A stretch of 64,000 bases of DNA from Octopus sinensis (Eukaryota). The stretch spans positions 68,076,001 to 68,140,000 of the forward strand of contig NC_043005.1 in the NCBI RefSeq assembly GCF_006345805.1, in the 5' to 3' direction. Under the pieces are notes generated by a model. The model was not told the origin of the DNA. It made no database searches and saw only the letters and a program-made list of their open reading frames with translations. Below, piece by piece: positions 12,461 to 24,626 of the stretch. A program made the position numbers and the translations under genes. Numbering within the stretch: position 1 is the stretch's first letter; each line of letters opens with the position of its first letter.

Positions 12461-14288
12461 TATGAGTAACTGTTGCAGATGGCAAGGTTTTGTTGTGTGG
12501 TGGTAGGTCTGGCACGGAAACTAATTCAGAACTTGTCTCCAGAAAGACGAATCCTAACAGAAAGTACACTGCTCATCAAACAGCCCAGCAACAGGCTGCA
12601 CGAGAGACTACCATTTGTGCATTAGCCTTACAGAGCTATATTTGATGTTATTTCATAAACATTGTGACAGATATCTACAGTACTTAATCTAATGTCAACC
12701 TTAGCTGTACTGTACTACACCATCTTCTACTGCAGTATATTTCTTTTTCTTCATCATCCGTGATTTCATTAATGTCAGTTCTTTCCCACTTGAACAATGT
12801 CAGGTACTACAAAACAATTTTAGCTACTACAAAAGTCCTACTGTCATCTTCATAATTTCTATTATACAATAAAGTATTCTGGCAGATGCCCAGCTAAGTC
12901 TTCTTTAGATATTACATACTGGTGTCTGTATTACAAAAGTTATATGTATATGTATGTAGTTGGTTCAAAATTCTCAGCTAAATAATGTAATTCTTAAAAT
13001 AAATATAACAATAACTTATTGCACACATTTTTTTTTGTCTGTATTACTTTGACATTTTTCTCCACGGGAATAAGATTAAAATATTTAATAATCTGTCCAG
13101 TCCTGAAGGTAAAAAAAAAAAAGAAAAATCATAGAACAATTAATATTCTATAACTATGAACAACATTTATTATTTTTTTTTTATTGAAAATTAAAATAGC
13201 TTTCATGTGTAATGGTATTTCTAATGTTGAATACAAGACAGTGGAGAGAGAGAGACAGGAGAAAAAGAATGAGGAGGAGGAGAAAGAAAAAGAATCGGAA
13301 TGGTTTTCTTTTGTTTCTTTGAGTCTGGATATATATGTCAGTATCAGTGAAGAATCAACCACCTCTAACCCCATTGCTTGCTTCTGAGAGATTGCATCAG
13401 AGAACATGAAAAATTCCAATTGACATTTGCAGCTATTAGTAACTACTGGCTCAGTTGTGCTGCCTTTATCTATGCCTGCTGTCAGTTTATATGTGTATTA
13501 ACAGTTAGCCGTCTTGATGCCAATACTTCTGACCTTCTGTCAGTTGGTGTCGTCTTGTTTGAAACAATTTCCTCAATGTTGATAAACTATAGTCTTTTTG
13601 TGTGTGTTTATAATAATGCCGTAACTGTTACTTACATCGGCTGTGATGCTTCATAACTTTGAGTTTGTTGGTACAGAGTCTTTGGATTTGTACTCTGATC
13701 AATTTGTTTGTGGTTGTATTTATGCTGGTTATCAACAAAGTGCATATCCATGTTCCTGATCAGAACAAGGTTACTTTCAAGAATGCTTCACCTAGTTTGG
13801 TTTTTCCTCTACCAGCAAATGAATATGAATTGCTGTTGATTATGATAACATTAAAGTTTCACTCATTTGAATTCTGAGGTCGCTTGTTCAAAATGTTCCT
13901 GTAGCTATTGTTGTGTCCCAAAGCAAAATATTTCACTGTCAAAGTTTTAGTTGCTTGACAAAAGAGATATAAATGAAGAATTACTTTTTTTTGAAGAATG
14001 TGTTGTGGCAGCTTCATGAAAAGACGTATTTTTGTTTTTAGATTGTTGTAAGAGAATTCAGTGCAGATGTCGACAGTTGTTGGACTAATAGAACTTATGT
14101 TTTCTTTCATAAGTAGAATTTATGGGTTGTCAGAACATCGGGGAGAGGGGATGGCAGGGTGGGGTGGGGTAACAACTATGGCATTTTTTTTTCTTCCTGT
14201 GATATATCATCCTTGTTTGAAAAAGCCTCCAAGCTTATAAAATCTTACTAGTTACTCATTTTCTTTTTGACTGACGCAGTGGAATTTT

Positions 14289-14329
14289 GTCAGTGAACAA
14301 GTGGTGGAAGTGCATTGAAATCTTTTGAC
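14289..14329 (+). ncRNA. Degenerate second copy of the G3-C8 hammerhead-like motif
   Basis: GUCA-GUGAACA-(decayed stem II)-GAA-AUCUU-U-UGAC, the same layout as 6761-6805. Confidence 0.45.
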
Positions 14330-14375
14330 ACTTCATAATAATAAACTGCTCTAATATTGAGAGGTGATTGGCAGG

Positions 14376-14742
14376 TGCAAAATCACCTCCCTCCGACAAG
14401 TCATCCTAATGAGACGTCTGTGTTGGCTGGGTCATGCCCTCTGTCGTCAACCAGGAGAATTTATCTACGAAGCAATTGCCCCAGCTCCCCTTCAGGGCTG
14501 GCGAAAACAATGTGGTGAACAATGAAAATCCTGGCTGATGACAGTCAAGGCTGATCTGGAACCCAGCCTAGGCCCCCATATTTACGGCATTCACCACTGG
14601 AATAAGGAGTGGTTGGAGATCATGCGGTCGTTAGCCTCAAATCGCCAGGTCTTTTCGGCGTTTGTGAGAGATGCAGCATTGAGGATGAATGAAGCCAGCT
14701 CAACCCACCTCGAGTGAATGCTGTCTCAAGACAAGAAGAAGA
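14376..14742 (+). mobile_element. RTE-clade LINE C-terminal fragment, second subfamily
   Basis: RRLCWLGHALCRQPGE...GWRKQCGEQ*KSWLMTVKADLEPSLGPHIYGIHHWNKEW...ASNRQVFSAFVRD has one in-frame stop and ends in CAAGACAAGAAG. Confidence 0.8.
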
Positions 14743-14749
14743 CTAATAT

Positions 14750-14952
14750 TGGCTTAAAATTTTGGCAAAAGGCCAACAATTTGTTGGGACCAGTTATTCG
14801 ATTACATTGACCCTAGTACTCAACTGTTATTTTATTGACTCTGAAAGGATGAAAGCAAAGCTGACCTTGGTGGAATTTGAACTCAGAATGCTAAGTAGAA
14901 ACACTGCTAAGCATTCTGCTTGGCATGCCAGTGATTGTGGTAGCTTGCCTCT
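14750..14952 (-). mobile_element. Old SINE B-related copy
   Basis: GAAAGGATGAAAGCAAAGCTGACCTTGGTGGAATTTGAACTCAGAA...CTGCTAAGCATT, diverged from the young copies. Confidence 0.7.
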
Positions 14953-15224
14953 TTAGACTGCATTACTATTAAAGAATAAACAAGAGAAAATAACATCTCT
15001 TTTGTGTGTTCTTAAATGGTTGAATTGACTCTTTCATGATGTAATTGGTTCACTTTCAATACATGATTCTCAGATCAGGTCAATTTCTGAGAAATACAAC
15101 AATATGTGTGTGTATATATGTTTGCATGTATCTCCCACTCTCTTTACACACACACACACACACGTATTTTCTATATGCTGCCTTCTCAGCTTTTTCACAT
15201 TTCTTCACTTAATTTTTATCCGCT

Positions 15225-15412
15225 CACTACTGCTTGACAACTGTTGTTGGTTTGTTTATGTTCCTGTAACTTGGCACTTCAGGAAAAGAGGCCGACAGAG
15301 TAAGAACCAGATTTGAAAGTAGGTACTGGGTGTGATTTTTTTAAACGAAACCCTTCAAGGCAGTGCCCAAGCATGGCTGCAGTCCAATGACTGAAACTAG
15401 TAAATGATAAAA
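15225..15412 (+). mobile_element. SINE family A, old 3' portion
   Basis: CTTGACAACTG...AAGGCAGTGCCCAAGCATGGCTGCAGTCCAATGACTGAAAC. Confidence 0.7.
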
Positions 15413-15953
15413 GATATCTCTTATTGCTGCTGTTGATTAGTATTGAATTATATTGCTATATAACTATTTCTATAAATGTACTTTTGTACATTTTATTTTT
15501 GTCTTCATATCCAAATAAGTTGCTAAATAAAATTGTAAAAGTTCAAAAAGTGAGATAAAGCTATTTTATTTTGCCTAGTAATTATTGATAAACCACAAAG
15601 CAAATTTGAACTTTCTATTTGCCGCAGTTTATGAGCCATCTGAGCAATTAGTCAAAGCAATCAAGCTAGTTTAAAACAGACGCACCTTCTTTATGAGCTA
15701 TGTTCAATGATGATGGTAGGAGGGTGCAAAGATCAGTTTAATTGCTGACACAGTATGTGGTGAATGCTATAAATCTAATGTCATTAATCAAAAAATACAC
15801 ACCACATAAATCACTACATGAAAACATTGTGCCAAGCCTATTTATTGTTGTTGTTTAACCTTAAATCAGCTGTGATGAAGCATATCTGTGATCAAAAGAT
15901 TTCCAGCTAATTGTTAATAGATCCAATGTATGTTTTCCTTTTTCTGCTGGTGC

Positions 15954-17560
15954 CACGTAAAAAGCACCTGTGCTGCTGCCACATGGAAAGCACGTGTGTT
16001 GGTGTCACTTAAAATGCACTTGTGCTGCTGCCACATGGAAAGCACATATGCGGTGTCACTTAAAAAGCACCTGTGCTGCTGCCACATAGAAAGCACACGT
16101 GTTGGTGTCACTTAAAAAGCACCTGTGCTGCTGCCACATGGAAAGCACATGTGTTGGTGCCACTTAAAAAGCATCTGTGCTGCTGCCACATAGAAAGCAC
16201 ACGTGTTGGTGTCACTTAAAAGAAGCACATGTGCTGCTGCCACATGGAAAGCACATGTGTTGGTGTCACTTAAAAAGCACCTGTGCTGCTGCCACATGGA
16301 AATCACATGTGTTGGTGCCACTTAAAAAGCATCTGTGCTGCTGCCACATAGAAAGCACACGTGTTGGTGTCACTTAAAAGAAGCACATGTGCTGCTGCCA
16401 CATGGAAAGCACATGTGCTGGTGTCACTTAAAAAGCACCTGTGCTGCTGCCACATGGAAAGCACATGTGTTGGTGCCACTTAAAAAGCATCTGTGCTGCT
16501 GCCACATAGAAAGCACATGTGTTGGTGTCACTTAAAAGAAGCACATGTGCTGCTGCCACATGGAAAGCACATGTGCTGGTGTCACTTAAAAAGCACCTGT
16601 GCTGCTGCCACATGGAAAGCACATGTGTTGGGGCCACTTAAAAAGCATCTGTGCTGCTGCCACATAGAAAGCACACGTGTTGGTGCCACTTAAAAAGCAC
16701 CTGTGCTGCTGCCACATGGAAAGCACATGTGTTGGTGCCACTTAAAAAGCACCTGTGCTGCTGCCACATGGAAAGCACATGTGTTGGTGCCACTTAAAAA
16801 GCACCTGTGCTGCTGCCACATAGAAAGCACACGTGTTGGTGCCACTTAAAAAGCACCTGTGCTGCTGCCACATAGAAAGCACACGTGTTGGTGTCACTTA
16901 AAAGAAGCACATGTGCTGCTGCCACATGGAAAGCACATGTGCTGGTGTCACTTAAAAAGCACCTGTGCTGCTGCCACATGGAAAGCACATGTGTTGGTGC
17001 CACTTAAAAAGCACCTGTGCTGCTGCCACATGGAAAGCACATGTGTTGGTGCCACTTAAAAAGCACCTGTGCTGCTGCCACATAGAAAGCACACGTGTTG
17101 GTGCCACTTAAAAAGCACCTGTGCTGCTGCCACATAGAAAGCACACGTGTTGGTGTCACTTAAAAAGCACCTGTGCTGCTGCCACATGGAAAGCACATGT
17201 GTTGGTGCCACTTAAAAAGCACCTGTGCTGCTGCCACATGGAAAGCACATGTACTGGTGTCACTTAAAAAGCACCTGTGCTGCTGCCACATGGAAAGCAC
17301 CTGTGCTGGTCCCACTTAAAAAGCATCCATGCTAATTCCAAGAGAAAAGTGCCCATACTGGTGCTATATAAAAAAGGCCCATGCTAGTGACACATAAAAG
17401 GCACCCATGCTGGTTCCTCTTGAAAAGCACCCATGCTGGTTTCACTTGAAAGCACACTCATGCTGGTGCTACGTATAAAGCACCTGTGCTGGCGCCATGT
17501 ATAAACCACCCATGCTGGTACCACTTATAAAGTGCTGGTGCCATGTAAAAAGCACACAGT
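15954..17560 (+). repeat. Minisatellite array: 26-bp monomers paired into 52/54-bp dimers, with a 158-bp higher-order repeat
   Basis: 26 dimers of CACTTAAAAAGCACCTGTGCTGCTGC-CACATGGAAAGCACATGTGTTGGTGC run from 15954 to 17312. A 52+52+54 block repeats three times (16109-16582), followed by degenerate monomers. Confidence 0.95.
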
Positions 17561-17720
17561 ATACTTTGTAAAGTGGTTGGCATTAGGAAGGGCATCCAGC
17601 CATAGAAACCATGCCAAATCAGACAATTGGGGCCTTGTGAATCTCTCCGGCTGGTCAGTTCCTGTCGAACTATGTAATCCGTGCCAACATAGAAAATGGA
17701 CATTAAATGAGGATGATTAT
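17561..17720 (+). mobile_element. RTE LINE 3' tail continuous with the array
   Basis: AGTGGTTGGCATTAGGAAGGGCATCCAGCCATAGAAAC...ATGGACATTAAATGAGGATGAT. Confidence 0.8.
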
Positions 17721-18649
17721 AGTAATACGTGATTTGATGACGATTTGGGTTTGTTTCTATCAGAAATTAAGCAAAATTGTAGCAGCTCCTTGGTTGGCAC
17801 TTGGTCATTGGTTATAACTTGTCCACACCATCAAACAACGTCATGCGTGAGAGACTTGTCTTTGGTGATATTTGCACTCTGGGTTGGGTTAGTATGAAGC
17901 AATAACAGCAGGTATGTCAGCAACAAAAATCACCTAAGGAAAACAAATTGAGAAAGAAAACAAGGCCAAAAAAAAACAAAAAACCATTAGATCATTGGTT
18001 AACTCTTGGATGCAAGCAATATAAACACAGGTCTTTGAAGGGAGTTCTTAGTTTGCTTGTGATGATGTTTCACTCATTATGTTTAGAAAACCTGACTCTG
18101 TTTATTGTAAGTAATGAGTTTATATATCAAAAAAAGTTATTTACTTATTTATTTATTTATTTATTTATTTATTCATTCGCTTTAACTCTGATACCTGCTT
18201 CGGCAACGAAATTGGCCCCCAAGTCTTGTTATAGCATCGTTTGTGAAGAAAATGAAATTGAAAATTGGCAGGGAGTGCGGGTGGGGGAGGAAGAGGGGAA
18301 AGAATGTTTGTCTAATCTCAGCTGCTACCTTGCCGTGAAGAGAAACAGGAAGGAAGAAGTAACCATAATAATAATAATAATAATAATGATAATAATAATA
18401 ATAAAACAATAAAGAACAAAGTAATAAGCTGTTGGTGTGTACATGTACATATTCCTGCGTGCTTGTGTAAGATTTTTAGCAACAGAATTTTTATAATAAT
18501 GGTAGAGGAAATGAGAATTATAATTGGAAATAAATGTACTTTGTTAGAATTTCATTTCTGTGGCATTATGGAAAATTGTTTGGTCTGCTGGTGGTATAGA
18601 AAATTGAATGGAAATGCACACTGCCACAGGGCTAGAAAATATAGTCTTG

Positions 18650-19420
18650 AGCGATGATGGTAGCAGCGGTGGTGGTGGTGGTGATGGCGATGTCAACACC
18701 ACGCAAGGTATATAGGTAGGCGGGCTGATAAATGGATGTGGAAAATGGTGTTGGAGCAAGACAACTGTAGGTGGGGGGTGGGGGCGGGGCTGGGGGGGTG
18801 GGTGTAGCATCGGAGAACGGTGGTAGCTGGGATGCTAGAGTGTGGCTGAATGGTGGTGGCGGTGGTGCTGTTGGTGTTGATGAGATGTGAAGTGCGAGAA
18901 AATGGCAGTTAGGTAGAAGGGTGGTGAAGAATTGTTGTCAGGGTGGTCTGCTGTGGCAATAATGGTTGTGAACGTGTGTGTGTATGTGGGGGGGTTGGGC
19001 TGAAGCAGTAGAAGTTGATGGAATGCGGGCGTCGATGGTGTCGGTGGGTCGCATTGGCGGTGGCGGTGATGTTGGTGGTATTTTTTTACAGCATGGTTGA
19101 TTACAGGTGGCAGGTGACGAAGACGCTAACATTTGTAGCAGTGTGACTGTGGGAGGAAGGTGGCAGTAGCGGTTACCGACGGCGATGGTGGTGGTGGTGG
19201 CGGCGGTGGTAGTGGTGTTTGGTGTTGTTGAGCACTCTAAGAGAACATAGTGATTGCAATACTGGATGTTGCTTAAAGAAATGAGACAGTAGATGATTGG
19301 GTGGGGTGGGGGACTAGCAGTCATAGCACCAATGTTAATGATGAATGTGGGGGGTGGGGGGTGAAATGGTCTTGATTATAGTGAGGTGGTGGCTGTGGTG
19401 ATGGAATGGAGTCGTTCCGA
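18650..19420 (+). repeat. G/T-rich degenerate (GGT)n low-complexity tract
   Basis: Strong G skew, GGT runs and several G-runs of 4 or more. Confidence 0.75.
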
Positions 19421-19554
19421 TACGGTGATAGCCTTGAGATAAACACTTTTATTTTTGTGTCTCTTTAATGAAAAATCTCTAATCTATGAACTTAAACGAA
19501 GCTCTAAGCGAAGAAGAACGCGAATGATAAGCTCCTTCTCTCTTCTTCTCTTGT

Positions 19555-19591
<37 letters not shown>

Positions 19592-19719
19592 CATTATATT
19601 ATTATTATTATTATTATTATTATTATCGTTAATATTATTATTATCATTATTATTATTATTCTTATTCATTTGTATATTTCATGATTTACCTTAAATTTGG
19701 ATGTAAATTATTATCATTT

Positions 19720-20050
19720 TATACATACATATATGCATGCATACATCCATTCATCCATATATACATACATAAACATACAGTTTATTCACACACACATTAC
19801 ATACATGCATACATTATATATATATATATGCACATGCATATATATATATATATATATACTCACACACACAAACATACATGCATATATATATATATATATA
19901 TATAATATATATACTCACACACACAAACATACATGCAATATATATATATTATATGCACATGCATATATATATATATATATATACTCACACACACAACATA
20001 CATGCATATATATATATATATATATATATACTCACACACACAAACATACA

Positions 20051-20096
<46 letters not shown>

Positions 20097-20108
20097 TTAT
20101 ATACACAC
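19720..20108. repeat. Compound (TA)n/(CA)n microsatellite
   Basis: Repeating blocks (TA)n-CTCACACACACAAACATACATGCA. Confidence 0.9.
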
Positions 20109-20324
20109 ACACATTATCGGTTGTCAAGTGATGTTAGGGAAACACACAAACATATACACATAGATATACATATATACGACGGGTTCCTTTCAGTTTCTGT
20201 CTACCAAATCCACTCACAAGGCTTTGGTCGGCCCGAGGCTATAGTAGAAGATACTTGCCCAAGGAGCCACGCAGTGGGACTGAACCCAGAACCATGTGGT
20301 TGGTAAGCAAGCTACTTACCACAC
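20109..20324 (-). mobile_element. SINE family A fragment embedded in CA/TA repeats
   Basis: Essentially identical to the inverted copy at 23826-24030. Confidence 0.9.
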
Positions 20325-20546
20325 ACACATTACACACACACATTATACATATATTTAGATACATATTTGACTTCCAGTTGTGTCTATCTACCTCTACATT
20401 ATACATCATCTACAAGCTTTGCTTCTGTTGGCACTGCCCCTGTGATTATTTCTTACCATTGTTGTTGTTGTTGTTGTTGCTTCCATCATTATTGTGTTTA
20501 GCTTAATTTACTTTCATATTTTTTCCTCCTCTTTTTTTAAATATCT

Positions 20547-20587
<41 letters not shown>

Positions 20588-21126
20588 TACTTTACAAATT
20601 TATAAAAATTCATATTTTTGTTATCAACTGCTTCTGTATTTGCCTATTTACTAAGGATGACTTAGTTTTATCTCCTGCTACTTGGTTGTTTTATTTTGAC
20701 TATCTCCTGTTTTTGTTTTTTGTTGTGCTACTTTTTTTTTTTTTTGTTTGTTTTTTTTTGTTTTTCATTTTCGGTATTGTTCATTCTTGAAGGATTAATT
20801 AATTTCTGCAAAAGTAAGACAAACATTGGATAAAAAAAAAAAAACAAAAAACAAAAACAAAAAAAAAAAACATAAATTAGGAGAAAACACTATCAAATAT
20901 CATGGCTTGTATCAGAGTCTTTAATAAATTTTTCTATTTTTAATTTGCTGAATTATTTGCCTGAAAGACATCATCATCATCATCATCATCAATATAAATT
21001 ATCATTTTAATATATACATCCATTGCAAAGGGAAATAAGCTGCTTCACTGTGAGATATATTTATGTTGTGTGTGTATTCACATACATATATTTATGTGTA
21101 TGTGTATATATATATATATATATAGG

Positions 21127-21720
21127 CACAAGTGTGGCTGTGTAGTAAGAAGCTTCCAGAAGCGTTAGCACGCTGGGCGAAATGCTTAGCGGTATTTCGT
21201 CTGGTATTACGTTCTGAGTTCAAATTCCGCTGAGGTCGACTTTGCCTTTCATCCTTTTGGGATCGATAAATTAAGTACCAGTTACGCACTGGGGTCGATG
21301 TAATCGACTTAATCCCTTTGTCTGTCCTTGTTTGTCCACTCTGTGTTTAGCCCCTTGTGGGTGGTAAAGAAATAGGTATTTCGTCTGCCATTACATTCTG
21401 AGTTCAAATTCCGCCGAGGTCGACTTTGCCTTTCATCCTTTTGGGGGGGTCGATTAAATAAGTACCAGTTATGCACTGGGGTCGATGTAATCAACTTAAT
21501 CCCTTTGTCTGTCCTTGTTTGACCCCTCTATGTTTAGCCCCTTGTGGTCAATAAAGAAATAAGAAGCTTGTTTCCCAGCCACATAGTTCCAGGTTCAGTC
21601 TCACTTCATGGCACCTTGGGCAAGTGTCATCTACTATAGCATTGGGCTGACCAAAGCCTTGTAAGTGGATTTGGTAAATGAAAACTGAAAGAAACCCATC
21701 GGGTGTGTATATGTGTGTGT
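21127..21720 (+). mobile_element. SINE family A 5' half interrupted by a SINE B tandem dimer
   Basis: Head GTGTGGCTGTGTAGTAAGAAGCTT resumes after the insert as GTTTCCCAGCCACATAGTTCC...CACCTTGGGCAAGTGTC. Confidence 0.8.
21156..21559 (+). mobile_element. SINE family B head-to-tail dimer
   Basis: Units 21156-21374 and 21375-21559, with TAAGAAGCTT duplicated at 21146-55 and 21560-69. Confidence 0.9.
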
Positions 21721-21753
21721 GTGCATATATATGTATATATATATATATATATA

Positions 21754-22395
21754 TGTTTCAGTTTTTTGACTGCAGCCATGGAGGCTGCTGGCTGATGCAT
21801 GCACACATGCAGTTCTTTACTAGAAATGTGGTGGTGCCATTTGATGTTCTTGATGTTTCTCAAAGCTCTGCTGTTGAAGCTGTCAATCTTCTCTCTGAGT
21901 GGCCATGTTTCTACTCCATAGAGGAGAAGAGAGAGGATCGACACATTGTAGATGTGGAGCTTTGTCTTTTGAGATAGAGCAGTGGTCCCAATGGGCTTCC
22001 ATAGGGAGAACATGACCTTAGTGGCCAGACCACATCTGCAGTTGATCTCCAGGTTCAAGGTCTCCATTCTTGATAACTATAGAGCCTAGGAAGATAAAGG
22101 AGTTGATAAACTCCACAGCGTCGGGGCCAATATGGGGAGAGGGATGGTTTGACCCATCAATGATACACACCGACTTGGTCTTCACCCAACTCACCTGAAG
22201 GCCAAGCTTTGTTGATTCCTCTTCGTGTATGGTCAGTGTGTCCCTGTACTGGTCAAATGAGTTGCTGAATGGGGTGGTATCATTTGCATGCTCCAGGTTG
22301 GTAAGAGGGTAGTTCCTGAAGGTAACACCAGAGCTAATTGATGACACGGTTGTAGAGGTCGGGGGCAGCCACACAGCCCTGTCTGACCCTGCTGG
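21754..22395 (-). mobile_element. Decayed RTE reverse-transcriptase fragment ending in a SINE A/CR1-type tail
   Basis: LEHANDT (degenerate FADD), KLGLQVSWVKTK, FIFLGS, LSQKTKLHIYNVSILSLLLYGVETW. Confidence 0.8.
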
Positions 22396-23817
22396 TTTTG
22401 TGCCCTCAGGAGAAAGAATTATTAAGATTGTTATTCAGCTATTTATGTAACAGATTTTAAATTGTAAATCTTTTGGAAAGTCCTATTCCATCTTCTTGCT
22501 GCTTATTTTTTTCTTTTTTGTTTGGTTGCGTTATATAATTTGTATCGTTTGGAAAGCAAGAATGCTGAGTGCATGACAGATTCAGGGGCAGTGCTGCATC
22601 TTTGAGAATCGAATTACTTATGGCATTACTGAAGACAAATCCTTTAGATTTGTCTTGTGCAGCATTTTAGGCAGTAACAGTAATAGTGTGTACTAATATT
22701 GCCATCGTTCCGATTACATCCAAGCCTTCCCTTTCACTACCTCTTGGGATAGGGTAAAAATCTATTTTGTTTTTGTTTGGAATATGGAAAGAACATTGCA
22801 CGTAAGAGGGGTCAGTTGCCTCAACTAAATGTTTTTGTTGATTTCCCAACAGACACTCAGTTACGATAGAAGCAAGATCTCTCTCTCTCCCTCTCTCTCT
22901 CTCTCTCTCCCTTGCATTGACATTATAAGTAGCTTATATACTACCCAGAAAATAGTTTGATGGCACTGCATTGCGCACTTTCCTTATATTCACTTACAAG
23001 TTAAAACAGGTGTGTTGTGGTGTCTGAAAATGGTAGTCTTTCAATTTCATTCCTGACCAAGTCACATATAATAATCAAGAGTCTAAGCATCTCATGAAAA
23101 GAATACAAAAGAAAGACACTACTTACTGCTATTGAGAGCACTATTTCTCATGTTGTCAAGCTTACGTAGAATATTATAAAATCACATTTAGAACAGTAAT
23201 TTCCTGAAGCACAAAGATTTATCTCCTCACTCATTTCCTGCCCAACAAACCAGACATACTACTCATACATAGAGGGCTTTGTAGATAGTGTTTTCCAAAT
23301 AAAGTAAAAGTAGCATTTATGAAATTCACCGTTTTCTTTCTTATCAACAATACCAGAGAATGCCATCATATTCAACCAAATGAAGATAAATTATAGAAAT
23401 CGAAATTATGCATAAATATACTTAGAACACTTTCAAGTACTATATTTGGTCAACACAAGGAAGAAAGAATATATTAGATCTATCATGGATTGTAAATAGT
23501 CGCGCCTGGCTCTTAGTATCTCTGCAATAAATATTTAAAAAAATACACAAAACACCACACTCGACACATACAGTTCACATCTGGTCATTTACACAATAAT
23601 GTAGAAATGCTAAAAGTGAAAGGTGATTGAGGCATTATGAGGGACATTGTGTGTTGTCACAGCAAGCTTCAACCTAAGCATTTTACACCCTGAAATGTTC
23701 AGTCATCCTCAAACTTCTGTAAAGGACCCTCAGATGCTACTCTAACACCATCTAGTCCAGTCAAATATTAATAAGACACATACAATGATATAAAAGAAGA
23801 AAAAAAATTAAAGTTCA

Positions 23818-24184
23818 TGAGTGGCTGTGTGGTAAGTAGCTTGCTTACCAACCACATGGTTCTGGGTTCAGTCCCACTGCGTGGCTCCTTGGGCAAGTAT
23901 CTTCTACTATAGCCTCGGGCCGACCAAAGCCTTGTGAGTGGATTTGGTAGACAGAAACTGAAAGGAACCCGTCGTATATATGTATATCTATGTGTTTCCC
24001 TAACATCACTTGACAACCGATTAATGTGTTTACGTCCCCGTAACTTAGCAGTTCGGCAAAAAGAGACCGATGAAATAAGTACTAGGCTTGCAAAGAATAA
24101 GCCCTGGGGTCGATTTGCTCAACTAAAGGCGATACTCCAGCATGGCCACAGTTACATGACTGAAACAAGTAAAAGATTAAAAGA
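23818..24184 (+). mobile_element. SINE family A, full length
   Basis: tRNA-like head, internal TA tract, tail CAGCATGGCCACAGTTACATGACTGAAACAAGTAAAAGA. Confidence 0.9.
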
Positions 24185-24626
24185 GTTCTGGAATGCACAC
24201 TGCTGCAGATATGTGGACAGTGGAAAAGAACAACTATTGAGCTATGACTGAGTCTCCTTTACCATTTCTGTTGTGGGCACCATCACTGGCTGCAATATAA
24301 CCTGCACTTGAGCATTGATAGAGTTTCTTTGCTGTCACTCTCCTAAATATTGTAGCCAAATCTTCCTCAGACCACACTCATGCCATTTTAAATTCAGATA
24401 CTTCAGACTGGGACACTAAATTTGTGAGTTACAGACTCAAGCTTGGTGCAGCCCTTTAGCTTACCAGATCCAGTCAAACTGTCTTATCCTTGCTAACATG
24501 GAAGCCAGATGATGATGATGATGATGATGATGATGCTCTTTTCATTTGCCTGATTTAGTGTCATAAGTTTGCTTCATGAACCCTTTAAGCATTTACATTA
24601 CTCTGTGAAATTTAGAACTTATTTAT

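Noticed and set aside
13636-13755. Minus-strand 120-bp exon-like segment (CAG...GTAAGT; NMDMHFVDNQHKYNHKQIDQ...)
   Set aside because: It has good splice signals and an open frame, but I found no recognisable protein and no partner exons. RNA-seq would be needed.
15954-17560. CRISPR-like array
   Set aside because: There are no unique spacers, all sequence is repeat-derived, no cas genes are present, and the context is eukaryotic.
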